From Paraspadella gotoi (lineage: Eukaryota > Animalia > Chaetognatha), in contig CM119270.1 of NCBI GenBank assembly GCA_051294375.1, forward strand, positions 12,399,676 to 12,463,675: a stretch of DNA of 64,000 nucleotides. Reading direction: 5' to 3'. Shown here in pieces: positions 49,732 through 64,000 of this stretch. The notes below the pieces were generated by a model. It was not told the origin of the DNA. It saw only the letters and a list, made by a program, of their open reading frames with translations, and ran no database searches. The position numbers and the translations under genes are program-made. Each line of letters begins with the position of its first letter. Position 1 is the stretch's first letter.

Positions 49732-51552
49732 GCTTCGAATGAGGTTAATCGAAGTTTAGTTACCCCACGTAGGGCAATTTCTTAAGTAGAGTCAATGAAC
49801 TCAGAGGTCTTATAACGACGTCTGTTCATAATGTATACGATTTCGAATCTCTACGAAATTCTCACATTTTTTTTTTAACTCTCCAATTTGGAAAAATAAA
49901 AAAAAGATCCCAAACCAGGCCTCTTTCGGTCGGAGAGATAGACATCCTCATCTCTCTCGCTCTCTCTCCCTCTGAGTTTCGCAACGCCAAAAGCTTTTGC
50001 TCCACTCTCTGTGACTAGTACGAAAGGGGAATAAAAGGAATAAAACGAAAAAAAAAAAGTAAAAATAAAAAATAATAGAATAAAAGCAAAAAAAAAAAAT
50101 AAACAGCTTCGCTCTGAGGTTAAACGGCGCCGACGGCTACAGACCCGCCACCGAACGCGGCGTCATTATCCGTAGACAGGCCTCTTCATCCCGAGGTCGT
50201 TCTAGTTCATAAGAAAAGCCTTTTCTCTCTCTCGTCTCGGTCTCTCTCTCCCTGGGTCTCTCCTCCTCTCTCTCTCGTCTCTCTCTCTCTCTTCTCTCTC
50301 TCCTCTCTCTCTCTCCCTCCTTCTCCAGCATCAGCGTTTCAACAAAGCCCCCCTTCCCAGCATTCTTTCGAATTTTCTATCGCTCGCCGACACCAGACGC
50401 CCAAAAGCCTCATGCGGACCATCGCTCAAGCTTCTTTCTTTTCTCTCCCTCTTCCCTGGTTCCAAAATCTCCTCTCTCTCTCTGTCTCTTTCAAAATCTT
50501 CCTCCTCTGAACCTCTCTCCCGGCCTTTCTTTCCTCCTCTCCTGCCCGTCTTCCCCCCTTGCTCTTTCAAAGGGTATGGTTTCGCGTAGGATTGGCCCAT
50601 CTCATGGGCTTAATTTCCGTCAACGCGACCATTCGGAGAGCCAACAGAAGAACGTTAATCCTCTCCCTCATGCCTTTGTTTCATTGACTCTCGATAGTTT
50701 GTCCTCCATCCCCCGGGAACGCTGCCTATTTCTCGCATGAATAACGCAACGCTCTCCTCTTTCCTCTTTTGCCGTCCTCGACATCCTCTGGAAGCTGCGC
50801 GATGGGTTTTAAGTCTCTCTCTCTCTCTCTCTCTCTCCCTCTCTTTCTCGTCGTCTCTCTTTTCTCTCTCTCTCTCTCGTCGTCGAGTCTCCTGCCCTCT
50901 CGCTCTGTCTCTGGCGTCTCTCTCGTCCCTCGTCGATCCGTTCGTCGCTCAGCCCGGCGGCCTCCTCCCCTCCCATCCAGGCGCCGTCCGGTCTGCGGGC
51001 GGCGCACAGCCAATCGCCGGCAGCAGCGGCGGCCTGCTTCCAAGACTGGCGGCGGCATCCTGCTGCAGCATCGCGCCCGGAATGCTTCTTAGACACCTCA
51101 AACACGAATACGGAGCCGGATGAGCGAAGACCGTCCCTCGCGGGTGAATCAGGCTGCCAGTGGAAAGCTGCTTTGCCGACGTGGCTGCTGCTGGACGCTG
51201 CTGCAAAATGCTGCTGCACGTGACGCAGTCGTCCCTTAAAGCCGCCCTAACGATTACGATCAATCGTCTTCTTCTCACGATCGAAGTGAAAAAAGAAAAA
51301 AAAAAGAAGAATAATCTGCGATCCTCGTTAGTACAGTAAGCAACAGTTAATTTCCGGCTGCAGAACATACGATGATGATTTTTTTCTTCCTTTCGAGACG
51401 GGGTACAGTTCCGGATTTTGAAATTAACACGGCAATCTACTCTCTCTTCTCCTCATCTTACTCTCATCTGTTTACGTCTCGTCTCTCTCCTCGCTCTCTT
51501 CTCTCCTCTCTCTCCTCTTCATCTCGTCCGTCTCTCTGTTCTCCTCTCTTCT
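49570..51552 (+). repeat. apparently identical copy of ~33230-35210 (offset 16343)
   Basis: ORFs at 33794, 33988, 34383, 34394, 34426, 34466 and 34606 recur with identical translations at +16343. Confidence 0.93.
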
Positions 51553-51805
51553 NNNNNNNNNNNNNNNNNNNNNNNNNTCTCTCTCTCTCTCTCACATTCA
51601 CTGCGCGAAGCGAGGAGCACCCATCTTCATCCCTCCAGTAAAAGCGAAGCGAATATTTGTAAACAATTCTTAATCGTTTTCGTTATTTTTCGTCGTCAAG
51701 GTAACTGAATTAAACACTGGAAAAACAAACGTTGTTAACAAAGATTATTCATTTTTAGGGCAGAAATTCCGAGTTTTTACCGTGTGTGTGCCTTACCTTA
51801 TGGCT

Positions 51806-54800
51806 AGCACATTTCGCGCGCTTAGTCTTCGCGCGTCATCGAGCACTCGGAACCGCACTGGTGTTCGTGCCCTCATTGCTGTCAAGAATCTAAAACCCGC
51901 CAACAACAGTAACCGCGACTAGTCAGCTCTCGAGTTCTCGGACTATTCTGCATATTTAACCCTGTACGGAATCAAATATTTTAATTTTTGACTATTTCGA
52001 TTCCGTCTTGATTTGATAAAAAACTTTCCAATCTCGTAACTCTCTAATTTAAGACTACATACACTAAAAACAGACCGACCGCTTATTCCTGAATACCATT
52101 TGGCATTAAAGTGTGAAATATTACACCAGAGGAATCACTTATCCGACTGACATTTCGGAATCGTGACGTTCGACCTGTGGGAGGGAAACGCCACGCAAAC
52201 TGCGTCAAAAACGCTCGGCGGGATTTTAACGGTTTGGTTTATATCAGACGTTATCATGCAATTTGTCATTAATCCGCCAATATTTTTCATCCCTAACATA
52301 TTTTTTTTACCATCGTCAACCATTATTAAACGGCATTGTTCACGGAAGTCGTCATCTTAATTATCATCATCAATCATTATCAATCAGCAGCAGTTGTCCA
52401 TCAGTCAATTTTATTTTCATCGTTTATCAATGTCATCAATGTCAATCAAGGAGACGGCTAAAAAAGCAGAAATGTTCTTTTATTTTTCTCTCCATCTAAC
52501 GTGTCCTGGTCTAAAACTCTCTCTTCCGTCAGGGTGGAAGTGGCTTCTGCCCTGCCTGTTTCAATTTGACCGCTTTCCTTGTTCTCCGGGCGAAATCTCT
52601 TCTCCCCACTCCTCTTCCTCTTCCAAGTCCGCGTCGTCAAATCCTGCCAACGTGATCGTCAACGCCAGCATCGGTTCCACTTCCGGTTCCGAGGCGGAAA
52701 CCGACGCCGACCAACTGCCGGCGCCGGCGACGCCGACAACCGCCGCATGCGTCTCCCCTTTTCGTTTTTTCTTGCAGCATCGAAACGGTTTTCGTCGTGA
52801 AGGTTTATTTCGTCGCTGAGGACGAAACGACGATCAGACGCTCAAACTTCAAAGAGAACCCTCGTCGGGGCATTTCAGGTCCCGGCGGATTGGCGGGAGG
52901 TGGGTTTAAGCTGGGAGGTTGGAGGAGGACAGAGGCAGAAGCAATAGGTTGTAATAGGAAGGAAGGCTTTTTTGCCAGTCCGGAAAATAAAGGTAATAAC
53001 AGATATATAAAGTAATACGTTAAATTCATTTATAGTTATAAATTGTAAAATGCTTTGTATAGTTTTTTCTTTCGCTTCGTTGTGGTTTGAATAAATAAAT
53101 AAATAATAATAATGTTTTTATTTACTACAACGGATAATAATCATTATTTACTTTACTTCTCGTGTAAAAATGCTTAAATTATTTTTTTTAAAACTAACGT
53201 TTGTATTATATAAATGATAATATCTCTATTCTTAATCGTCCATTTGTTTTTCGTAAAAGATTGCCAAAATGACCTTTTCCCTGACTAAATTTATCTTGCT
53301 TTGTCCATGTTCGACCTTTGGGTTAATATTCAACTGTTAGCAAACAAAACATAAAAGAATTAAAACCCGGAAAACGGCCGGCTCAACGTCTTTTAATTCC
53401 TCGGGCGGTCCCGGCGGCGACTTTCGGGGAATGAAGGATTAAAAACAGATTAAGAAAGATTAAATTCTACTCTTTTTATTCTTCTTTTAGCTTTCAACGC
53501 GTTTGAAAGAAGAAACCGATTAAAACTTTTATTCGATCTCTTTTGCTAAACTTCCGAAAGCAATTTGGTCCAGTCACAGTTTTTAAAAGTGGAGAAAAAA
53601 AAAGTTAAAGAAATGGAAAACGAATTGACAAAAAGATCAAAAGAAATGACAAAGGACGGAACAAAAGAAGAAAAGGGGAAAAACAAGAACAAAAGGCTTA
53701 CGGAAGAGACAAACGTCATTTCTAACGAGGAATGATAGAGAAAGAAGAGAGAGAGAGAAGAGGAGAGAGAAGAGAGAGAGGAGAGAGAAGAGGAGAGGAG
53801 GAGAGAGAGAGAGAGAGAAGCAGGCGCGAACCATAGACCGTTAAATTCTGCCTGAATAAAGAAATTAGAAATCGGAAAATGAGAAGAGTCGCTCCTTCAC
53901 GTTAATTGTCATACGGTTGCGCCCTTTTTCCCCGATAATGAACCAGCGGTGGTGGCGGGGTGATGGGTAGGGACTAGGGAGTTCTTGAGAATGGCCCATT
54001 AGCAAAGAAAGAGAAATAAAATTAATGAAGGAGAGAGAGGAAAAAAAAGGGAAACTTTTAACAATACTCTGTGCGCATAACAACGACGTGAATAATCATT
54101 ACTGTAAAGGAAAGAAGGAATATGATTGGAACAGAAACGTAAAGCCGCTAAAATAAAAGCGAACGATGATTAGGCAAAACTGACGCCAATTACATAAATA
54201 TAATTCCATGATGGGAGAAAAGTTTTGGGTAGGGGAGAAGAGACTTCAAGGGATGATGTTAAAGAAAGAGGTCCGCCTTAACAAACAACAACTAGCAACC
54301 AAAACAAACCATATTTATACCCTAGGTTGAACCTGTACACATCCTCATCCACGCGATCGTTCAAACGAACGTCCCTTGGCGCGGGCCGTGCCGACTTCGC
54401 CTTCGACTCGGACGGGAATCGAACCCGAGTCCGACAAGGCCTTCGGGGGCCGAAGATCTGGACGAGCGGTTGGACCGACTTGAAGTTGGTCGGACGGAAG
54501 TTTGAAGAGGTGTAGATCCTTAAACATCATCTCCATCTATTTAATAATCACGGACGACGTTCATTAAAAATAAAATTTAAATTCAATTAATTCTCCGGCA
54601 CATTCCGTGTCCGCGGAACGAGTTAGTGATTTCTCGAGATTCTTAATTCATCGATCTTAACTTTTTAAAGGTTTCAGATTTTAACTTTTGCGTCTTATTT
54701 TGAAGTGGTTATGTTCATTCCACCAGGAAGAATTGGATGCCGAAAGACACGACGAACGACGACGACGGATACACGAAACGACCTCAACCCGCCAAAACGC

Positions 54801-57800
54801 TGCCCGTCGCAGACTTGACGGAACCACTCGACCTCAGAGGGAGGCGACTCCAAAAGTGATGGACGAACCGGGTGTTGGAAGAGGCGGGAGCGAAGGCGGA
54901 GATGAAGGTCGAAAGAAAAGAAGGAAGAGAAGGATCTGCTCTACGACGCCGACGATGACAGATTTTCAAAGACGACGACGAGAAATACCGTGGTGGGATC
55001 CTCTGCAGATGCTGGAAGAGGACTGGAGGCGGAATGAGGCCCATGAGGTTTCGGAAGCTTCGACGCATCGAACGAACGAAACGACCGACCGACTAAAAAG
55101 CCCAGCTCGAACAGATTCGACATTTTAATGAATCCCATGGAGATGACTTAGGTTTGTTGGGGAAGAGAGAATCTCTTTGAAAGGAAGAAGAGAATCCAAC
55201 GACGACGAAACGAACGACGACCGACCGACGACGACGAAGAAACCGTCGACTTTCCGGGAAGAAAACTTAATTCGCAATCAACTGAGGTGGAAGAATGGAT
55301 TACAAGGATCCCGTCGACGATCCCACTCGACGACGGAGATCCTCGGACGCCGAAGTCGGAAAGTCGTCGTCGACGGAATCCTCGCTTGCCGCGGAGACGT
55401 CGTTGTCGTCGCCGAAGCGTCCGCCCTCTTTGGACTGCTTCGAAGGCGCGGGATTCGAAGAGTGCGACCTGGCTACGGACTCTCCAGGAGACGGTCCCGT
55501 CGCGGGGATCCCGGCGGCTTTCATTGGGCAAAGATGTTGAAGTTTGCCCGATCGAACGACCCGACGAGGACTCTCCCGCGAAAGACGGACCTTGAAGACT
55601 CTCCCCGCGAAAGTTCTCTCTGGTTGGAAGGTCGCGGTCGGGGGCGCCTTCGACGTCACCCGAAGCCGTGCGAATCCTTCGTCGTTTATCCGGCGGCGTC
55701 GAATCTCTAAGACGGGAATGCTCCCGCGAGTGGCGCCGTTGGTCCTAAAACTGCTGAAGGCTGTTGACGAAAGTCTCTAACGAATGCACTCGAGTCACTG
55801 AAGGCTCCGTCGACGAGCTCGTTGGCTTTCTGGGCTCCAGGTGTTGCCGCCAGAGGACGAACTAGAAAGCGCCGCCGATTGGTTGAACGGTTGCCTTTCG
55901 CCGAGTTTTCGCGCCGGCGGACGCAGCGAGTTTTCCGGCTGCTGGACGAGGAAATCCCGACGTCGGTGGAGAAAGTATAGGAAGCGCGCCGGCGCCTGCT
56001 CCTTGCGCGCCTTGCGCAGAGTAGCCCGGCGTCCGGCGGGGAAATCAGAAAAGCCGCCGGACGGCGGCCCTTTTGCCTGCGACCCCTCTTGACGGGTGAC
56101 TGCGCGGTTGAGGAACAGAGGCTGGAGAATCTCGGAGGCTCTGGCGATCTTGCGGGTCGCCGAGACCGCTTGGGACATTTTTTGTGAAGGCTTTTTCGAA
56201 GGATGCGAATTCGAGAGCCAACGGGGGATGTTTAGGTGAGGGAGAGAAAATGGATGACGATTGTATTCATCTGTACTATTGTATTTTTAAATTTTAACGA
56301 CTGACGGGTTTGCGGTAATTGCCAACGATGATAATACCCAGTTCCATTTAATTGTTAATTTTCTTTCATTATGAAACTAAATAATGTTTTTTCAATTAAT
56401 CTTAGCCTTAATAATCTTATCCCGGCAGATGAACCGTAGATGGTTCTCCAGTCTCTTCGCCACATGCTTGGCAGCACGAGTCGCCCAAGCAGATCGGTCG
56501 ACAGCCGCAATTCGATCGTCGAACTGCGCACTTCGTCGAAGCCGCGCTGGATCTGCTTCGGGTAACAGGGATTTTGTTTCAACAGGAATATGTAAGTGAG
56601 TTTAGATTTTTTACAATATTGTAATTGTTATTGCCATCTAAAAATGTTCTTCCGCTGCAAAAGGGTTTTCATTGTCCGCTGTTCGCTTTTTGCCGAACTT
56701 TTAAAGTGAATCGTTTTGAGTGATCCTAATTATATTCCTCATCCTCCCCCCAGTGCCAAATAGAGAATCGAAAATTCTCCTCCAAATCCCAGTGGCTCCA
56801 TCGTCGACCGGACGATCCTATCGATGACTTCGCCAACGGCCGTCAACACGTCACCTTTGTGAGTATCCATGCCTTGCCCATCCTATCCGTCTACCTGAAG
56901 GCCTAACTTGGCCATCAGGGAAAGGTGTCCGAAGCCAAGCACCGATTGGGCGCTCGGCGCCTTCGTCGGGAATGGTTCAGTCGGACAAAGATTAGAACTA
57001 AAGGGAAATTGCCAATGAAAACTACAACGATATAATACAATAGTATAGGCAAGTAACATTAAATGAGATTGATTGATCACCCCTGGCCGCCACCATTGAT
57101 TTTCCGTTTCTTTTCCAACACATTTTTTTTAATGAAATGGTAACATACAAATATAAAATTATCTATTCATGTTATATGAAAGAAGCTATCTATGCCCCTG
57201 ACTTTTTTCCATGGCTTTGGTGGTTTAAGGCCTCCAATTCACTCTTACAAGATAATCATAATGGAACGTAAAGAAGGTTCGAATTTTATTCATATGAAAC
57301 AAAATTAACAGTTTTGATGATATATTTACAATGCAGTTCTGGATAAAATTTCCGTTTTTCTTATCCTTTTTGAAGTAAAAAACTGGCGAAAAAATCATTA
57401 CATAGTCGAAGAAAAGTTTTTTTCATCGCAAGTTAATTATTTGCTTCTCCGAACCTATTTCTTAAACTATACTAATCAGAAAAGATATGACTCTCGATCC
57501 TTCTCTTCCTCAAAGGACCGCCCTTCTACCGGCAAATCCCCGGGCGGCGGTCGCGGAGTTGGAAGTGACTCGCAAAGACCATCGGCGACGTTGGGAATAT
57601 TGCCGGGCGGAAAAGGGAACTCCCCTTTAGATTTCATTCAGTCGGAGGCGGAATTCCGAAGCCGACACAAGGAATTACGAATAAAAAGGGTGAGGAAAAA
57701 AGGCGGTTTGAGGCGATGAGGCGGTTTTGAATGATGAAAGCGAACAAAAAAGTCTTGATAATTTATTTCTGGTCAAAAATGGGCAAATGGAAAAAGAAAG

Positions 57801-60633
57801 GTAAAGGTGCCAAAAACCGAAATGAGGATTGGAAAGAGGGAAGTGAGGAGACTTTACAAAAAAAGGTGAGAACCGAGAAGATGAAAACGAATAGAGGTGA
57901 GAATCTGCGGGTGAAGTTTGGCCATAAAGACTTCGGTTGAAAAAAAAAAACAGAAGTGACGAAAAAAGAATTCACGTGAAAATGAAGGTGGCGGAAGCAC
58001 AAAAAAGTGGAGAAAGAGAGAGCGAAAAGAAAAAAAAAAATCGGTGAAAAAATGTGAAGAGGAAATGCGATTAAGTATTTTTTTTTTTTATTTCGGTGAT
58101 TTCGTGACTTCAGGGATGCGTTTTGATATTATCTTGGTTCCCCGTGAGAGATTGTTAGAAAAAGTTGAAAAATATAATTTTCTTCTCGCAGGCGCCATTG
58201 TTTTGGGACAGCAAAAGATTCGTACTATGACGTCGGAAGCCAATATTTAATGCGGGTGAGCTGACTTAATTAGATAATTTTTTTTTAAAAATTTCATTTA
58301 TTTAAATTGGTACAAACCAATATAAAAATTATCATTCATTAAATAAACAAGCTATCTTGCCCCTGACTTTGAAACAGGCTTGGATGGTTAAGCCTCCATA
58401 TCACTCCTTACAAGATAATGAACAAAGCAAGGTCCACTGCAAGCTTTCATCAAAGACCTCTCTCACAGTCCCCTCCGTTTATGTTCACTCCCAGAGTAAC
58501 CTGGCTTCCCCTATCAAATGAAGCGGTAATAGATGTTTTCAAAAGAAAGTTTCAATTGTATGAAAATTATTTACTCGTATTAGAATTTAAGACTCCTAAA
58601 TCAATATTTTTCAGGTCTTTACGCCGGACGAAAACTCGGTTGACGGGGCCTAACAAACTCTTAGGTGAGTGTTCCTTTTTCTTTTAAAACTTCTTTACTC
58701 TTCCCAGTTCACCTTCACTAATCTTTCCCTATTCCACTGACTCCTACCAGCGCCTTCGTGGGCGACAAGCGTCCTTTTCTTCCGGCGCGAACTCGATGAT
58801 CGGACGGCGTCAGCCTGGCGTAAGAACGGGTTCCGGCGGACCAAACAACAATACCCAACGCCAACAGATCCCTCCCAGAAGTTTGTTTGTGGGCGTGGCG
58901 GGTTTTAACATCTTTCGAAACGTGGAGGATGCCTGCCGCAGCTTCGTCCCCGATCAACTACGGGCCGCCTTGTCTCCATCCACCGCCTTTACGATTATTT
59001 CCTTTCCTACGCGGCTCTTCGGTCTCCTTCGCTCGGTAGATTCAAGAGTTTGAAAGGGATGAGAAATGGGCTGTAAGGGATGAAACAAAAGCGGACAATA
59101 GAATGGTAAAAAAAAATGGATTAAAATAGAAAAAGAAATCAAAATAAAGATGGAACGTCAAATGAGATAGTGTGGCAAGCAACGACTTAAAGCCAGAAAT
59201 AAAATAGATGGGAAAACTTAATGAATGAAGTGGGAAAGAAAAAAAACGAAATATATGGAAAAAAAAGAAATAGATAAAAAATAAAAGTAGATGAATTTAA
59301 GTTTTTTTACCGATTGTTTTTAATAGTCATTTGCGTGGTTAATTTCCAGATTGGAGAGATTGCAAAGAAAAAAAAAAGCAAATTTAATAATAGAACCGCC
59401 TATTGTCCGTGTATAAAAACGCAAAAAATCTTCCCTTTGAAAGAACGCAGTTTGGGCGAAGAGCCGGGTGGGCAATTTGTAGTTCATCCTCTATTCAGAC
59501 AGAGATCTTTCATGTTGAAAGACGTTCAGACCGCCAGTCCTGGGTCCTAAGGGAAAGGCTGTGAGTGAATAATGTAAAATTGCCATGGCCTCATGCAGAG
59601 CTTTCGTAGTGCTTACTGATCCTTCACAATCTTTATTTACGTTGTTATCACTTTTCTTTTGCATTTCTCTAAACCCAATCGCCGACTGCTCCACCCAAGC
59701 CGTCTCCACCTCGCCTGCGTCTCCAATTCGTCTGCTACGATCTCGTGCCTCGCGTGCGCCAAGGGTCTCCGCCACATACCCCAAGGCGTCCCTCAGCGTC
59801 GGCGGGGGCGCCACAGGTCGGCGTCAGCCGGCCGTCGTCTCAGCAGGAACTGCGACGTCACCGTCAAACAATCAATTTAATAAATTTTTAAAAGGGTCAT
59901 TGAATGAGTTAAGTCTATTTTAAATAATCTGTAATGTTGTAAGGGTGCGACTTAGATAATTAAACTTTGTGACAATGAGAAGGCAAAGTTTACCTGAGTT
60001 AAATGTTCTGACCTGCATGGACGGGGTCGGACCTGTCACAGGGTCAAATGGGTTCACGATGGTCACTAATATAGATAGTGGACAACATCCCGTCGTTGTA
60101 AAGTAACAGGAGCCGTCGCCTTTACAAAGTCGTTTTCAATTCAATTGTCAATTCAATTTTTTCAATTTCAATTTCAATTTAATTCAATTTCAATTTCAAA
60201 TTCATTCAAATTTCAATTCAAATTTCAATTCAATTTCAATTCTAATTTCAATTCAAGTTTCAATTCCAATTAAAATTAATTTCAATTCAATTTCAACTTC
60301 AATTTCAATTCAATTTTCAAATTCAATTGTCCTCCAAGAAATATGACGTCAAGTACGAGAACTCTTTCATGATAATTAAAAGAGGAAAATGTGAAGACGA
60401 GGTGAAGGCGCGTCTTGAATCCTTTTTAAGGATGAGCTTTTTCATAAGTTTTTTTTTTTTTAATGTTTAATTTGAAAGCAGAAAAGGGCAAAACGACCTT
60501 TGGGCTTAATTCACAAAGATTTCGATCTTGTCGTTTTCAACGTCGTCGTCGAAATCGTTTCCTGTGTCGTCCGTCCGTCCGTCTTTTTTGTCCTAGCTGC
60601 CAATGTCTCCCGTCGTTGACAACCGGGGTCAGA

Positions 60634-60686
<53 letters not shown>

Positions 60687-63600
60687 TACTATCAAAAAAA
60701 AAAGACCCCGCCCCTGTTCAAAGCCGATTCCGTAGGTGGACCTGGCACCCGTTAGGTTATTGCAACGCACCTGGCCTCGTGCCAGAAAACTGTTGCCGCT
60801 TGGGGTCCGCCGAATGACCCCACTAGAGACGGAGACATTTCCTCCGCGGCCTATGGGAATGCCATCCACTCAACCTCCTCTTAAGAGGTCGTTCCCGTCT
60901 GAAGCCGCCGATTCATTCAGGTCGCGATTATTCGAGTCTTTTTCTCTCTTCATTGTAAATCCGATTAAAAACTGAACTTCATCCTCCGTCGGCTGTCTTT
61001 CGCCGTATTCCTCGTCGGTAATTTGTACGTTGTCTTCGGCCGTATTTCTCGTCGTCCTTCCGTCGTTTTGTCTTCAGCCGTGATCTTCGTCCGTCAGTCT
61101 TCGTCGTTTGTCTTTCGCCGTATTCGTGACGTGCGTCGTACTTCGTGGCTCCTACGCCTTTTCTCGAATCCCTGGGCGTCGGTCGGTTGTGTGTTGTTTT
61201 CCTGATATTTTTTTATCATGAAGTTAATGAGGATGTCTGTCTCGAAACCTTAATTCGGTTGTTATCTAGGATACTAGCAATTGTAGTCCTTCTTCCCCCG
61301 GCGAAGGAGTGATATTGAGGATGAAGGAGAGAGACGAGAGAAGAGAGAGAGAGAAGAGAGAAGAGAGTAAGAGAGAGAGGAGAGAGGGTGAGTGTGACGT
61401 GAGAGAAAAAAATGGAAGGTTTCGCGCTGAAGCGAGTCCAGACGAAGGAGGTCCCGGCGAGTTGAGGAGGCCAGCGTTGATAATTTAAATGGTGCGGAGA
61501 GTGAAAATTGTTTACAGGAAACATCATTAAACACAAAAAGAACGAATAAGGAAAGCTTTGCTTCTTCATAAAAACAACAAATCGAAACTCATTTCAAATT
61601 CCGTAGTCGATTATCAAGTTATTGGGTAATTTATTTTCTTACAACAAAAAATTCCATTTTCAATGTTGCACTTTAAAATTCCATCATTGCAAAGCAATTT
61701 TTGTTAATCATTTTTCTCACTAATAGAAAGAAAAAGCAAAATTTTGTCAAGGCGCCATGGACTTCCTGTTGTTCAATCAAGTCTTATTAAAATACCAATT
61801 TGTTTGTTTGACAAAATTCATTACAACAGTTTTCTAAAATTTGTTAAGCTTTAATCACCATGTTTAATACCTGCGCAAACAGAAACACAGAAACATTCAA
61901 AGAAACAAATTGGTCATCTACTAATGGGTCATCTAAGCAATGGTAATCCTATATATGCAGATGATAGATACCGTTTTTCGAGTAATTGATAAACCAATAA
62001 AAGAAACAAAAATACAAGCACCTTGGATTTCTGTTTAATTAACCGTTAACTATACTTTATTTAACTTACTGAGTCCTAATAACTTTCGTCAGTCAAGACA
62101 AAATAAAGGATATAGGATGGCCGCCGATCCGCCTAAAAACGCACAAATGAGCCTTTTTTTTTCTCAAATAAACTAAAGGCAAATTGCAAAGAAAAACAAT
62201 TTTTCCTCTCACCCACACAACCAATCGTTTGTGACCCTTGAACCCATCCACTAGAGCGAGACGGAATTCTCCGTCCCTGCGTCTCGGCCACCCACCGGGT
62301 TCGATCCCATGCGCGTCCAGTCTCGCCCCTCACCCTTCAAAGTCCTGCTATGGGACGTGAGACTGAGCCAGACCTGGATGGGCCTTTTCCAGATCTTCAG
62401 AGGCTCCAACCGCCCGAGAGTGGGAATTCGGCCCTTCGTGCAAGCGGGGGACGAAGGAGAGACCCGGAAGAAAGGGATGAATGGCGAAAAGAACGGAACA
62501 ACGTTCCGTGCACCAATTCTTGTGAGGACATCGTTTATTGGCTTGTTTCTTTTTTCCACTCTTTTATTTTTTTCAGTTTTTTAAAATTGATTTTCTTACT
62601 TCAGTTTTCCCTATAGATGAGTAATCATTTCCCCTATCGTACTATATATAATAATAAGTACTAATATATACTACTGAAAATTCACATTTGTTTTTTTTTT
62701 TTTTCGCTCCCCTTCTTAATTCTTTCTTTCTTTTTACTTTTTTATCTTTTTTTCTCTCTTCCCTGTTTTTTTTTCGTTTTTAAAACCGCTTTCTCCCAAT
62801 TTCTTTTTCTCAGAAAAAAAGCCCTCTTGACTCCGTTGCCCGGACGCCGCCAGTGTCGAATCAAAAAGTGGGATAAATGCTTTTTACGGATGGTCTCAAG
62901 CAACTTCAAAATGCTCCCTTGGACAGATCGGACACTTATGCCAAGTGAGGGACAAAAATACTTTATTACCGTAGTCTTTCTATGTTCAAATTAAAAAAAT
63001 CTTAACTTTCATATTGAATAAAAGTAATGTTGTCTTTCATCGACCAGGAGCGGGACGTCGTTCCCGGAAATGGCCAACGGACGCAATGATGCAAAGTTTT
63101 GGCGGGAGGGCAATTGTTCGGGCTGTCGGATGGCCGTGGGAATGCACCGACCTTTCTGCAAATGAATTCAGCTGCCTCCTGGATTGAAGGAAGAAAAAGG
63201 GAAGAGTTTTGAACGTAAAGACGGGGCGATTTGGCTATTTCGAAATGCAAATGCAAAGTTGTAAATTTTTTTTTTTATCGTATTGCACAATTATTTAATT
63301 AAGTTTAAAATGTTCGCAGTTTTTTGATGGAAAAGAATAAATTTGGATTTGTTTTTGTGAATGTTAAAAAGATGAAAGAACGTTAAAATACGGAAAGTAC
63401 TTTAGTGATATAGGGCAATTTCAATTGGTGTCTGAATACCAGAACAACGAAATCCGTCATATGGGTAATAGAGACTCGCCTTTTCCCCATTGTAGTTAAG
63501 GCTGTCCCTTACAGGCTGCGATCCTTTTGTGATAGGGAGATAACTACAGTAGTTTAAACTTTTTATTGCGAATTTTTTTCGAGTTAAACGCTCATCTCTT

Positions 63601-63872
63601 TTCTGTCCGCTCGATTAGATTTAGAATATCGTTTTTGGAATGCAGCGGCCTTGTCCCGTCCCGGTTTCCGCGGACAATTTTTTTTTCTTCGTCAAACGAT
63701 GGAGGGAAATAGACTACAAGTTTTTTTTTCAAGAAACAACGGACAACAACAATAACCAACAACAACCGAAAGCAACAATAACAACGACTGGAACGTGACG
63801 ACCAAAAAAGTTCAAAAATCTGTGATGTCTGTAAAGTAGGCTTCGAGGGGTATCCAAGATTGATGGTGAAAC

Positions 63873-63938
<66 letters not shown>

Positions 63939-64000
63939 CGAGGAGAGAGGCGTGTTGGTGGTTGTCGCTGTAATGGATCGAGGCAAAGCGAAGAAGTATA
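51806..64000 (+). repeat. apparently identical copy of 37537-49731 (offset 14269)
   Basis: ORFs from 37866 to 49460 recur at +14269 with identical translations, including the frameshift-derived ones. Confidence 0.96.

Noticed and set aside
37537-64000. Tandem family or pseudogenes of the LLT-SUEL gene
   Set aside because: Uniform insertion-type divergence, an identically repeated error pattern and 25-N gaps point to assembly artefact.

Overview
Animal (invertebrate-type) genomic DNA with GT-AG introns, many (CT/AG)n and (GAC/GTC)n microsatellites, and six N-gaps. Two multi-exon + strand genes can be spliced by hand with consistent intron phases. Gene 1 (about 10.9/11.5-19.2 kb, about 1040 aa) is properdin-like: a short TB-like cysteine domain, exactly six TSP1 repeats, then a ~600-aa low-complexity tail with acidic Ser-Gly (glycosaminoglycan-type) sites and His/Pro- and Gln/Arg-rich blocks. 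Gene 2 (21.35-32.6 kb, about 1200 aa) is a secreted large-lipid-transfer (vitellogenin-N/MTP-like) protein with an acidic insertion, several furin-type polybasic sites and a C-terminal SUEL (galactose/rhamnose-binding) lectin domain; no vWD domain is visible. A possible small third gene at 33.7-35 kb is in error-rich sequence. From about 35.8 kb onward almost everything is duplicated: 37537-49731 is an indel-rich copy of ~21517-33390 and recurs with apparently the same errors at 51806-64000 (offset 14269), and ~49570-51552 repeats ~33230-35210 (offset 16343). This is most likely a long-read gap-filling artefact, not a real gene array. Family assignments rest on remembered motifs and were not database-searched.
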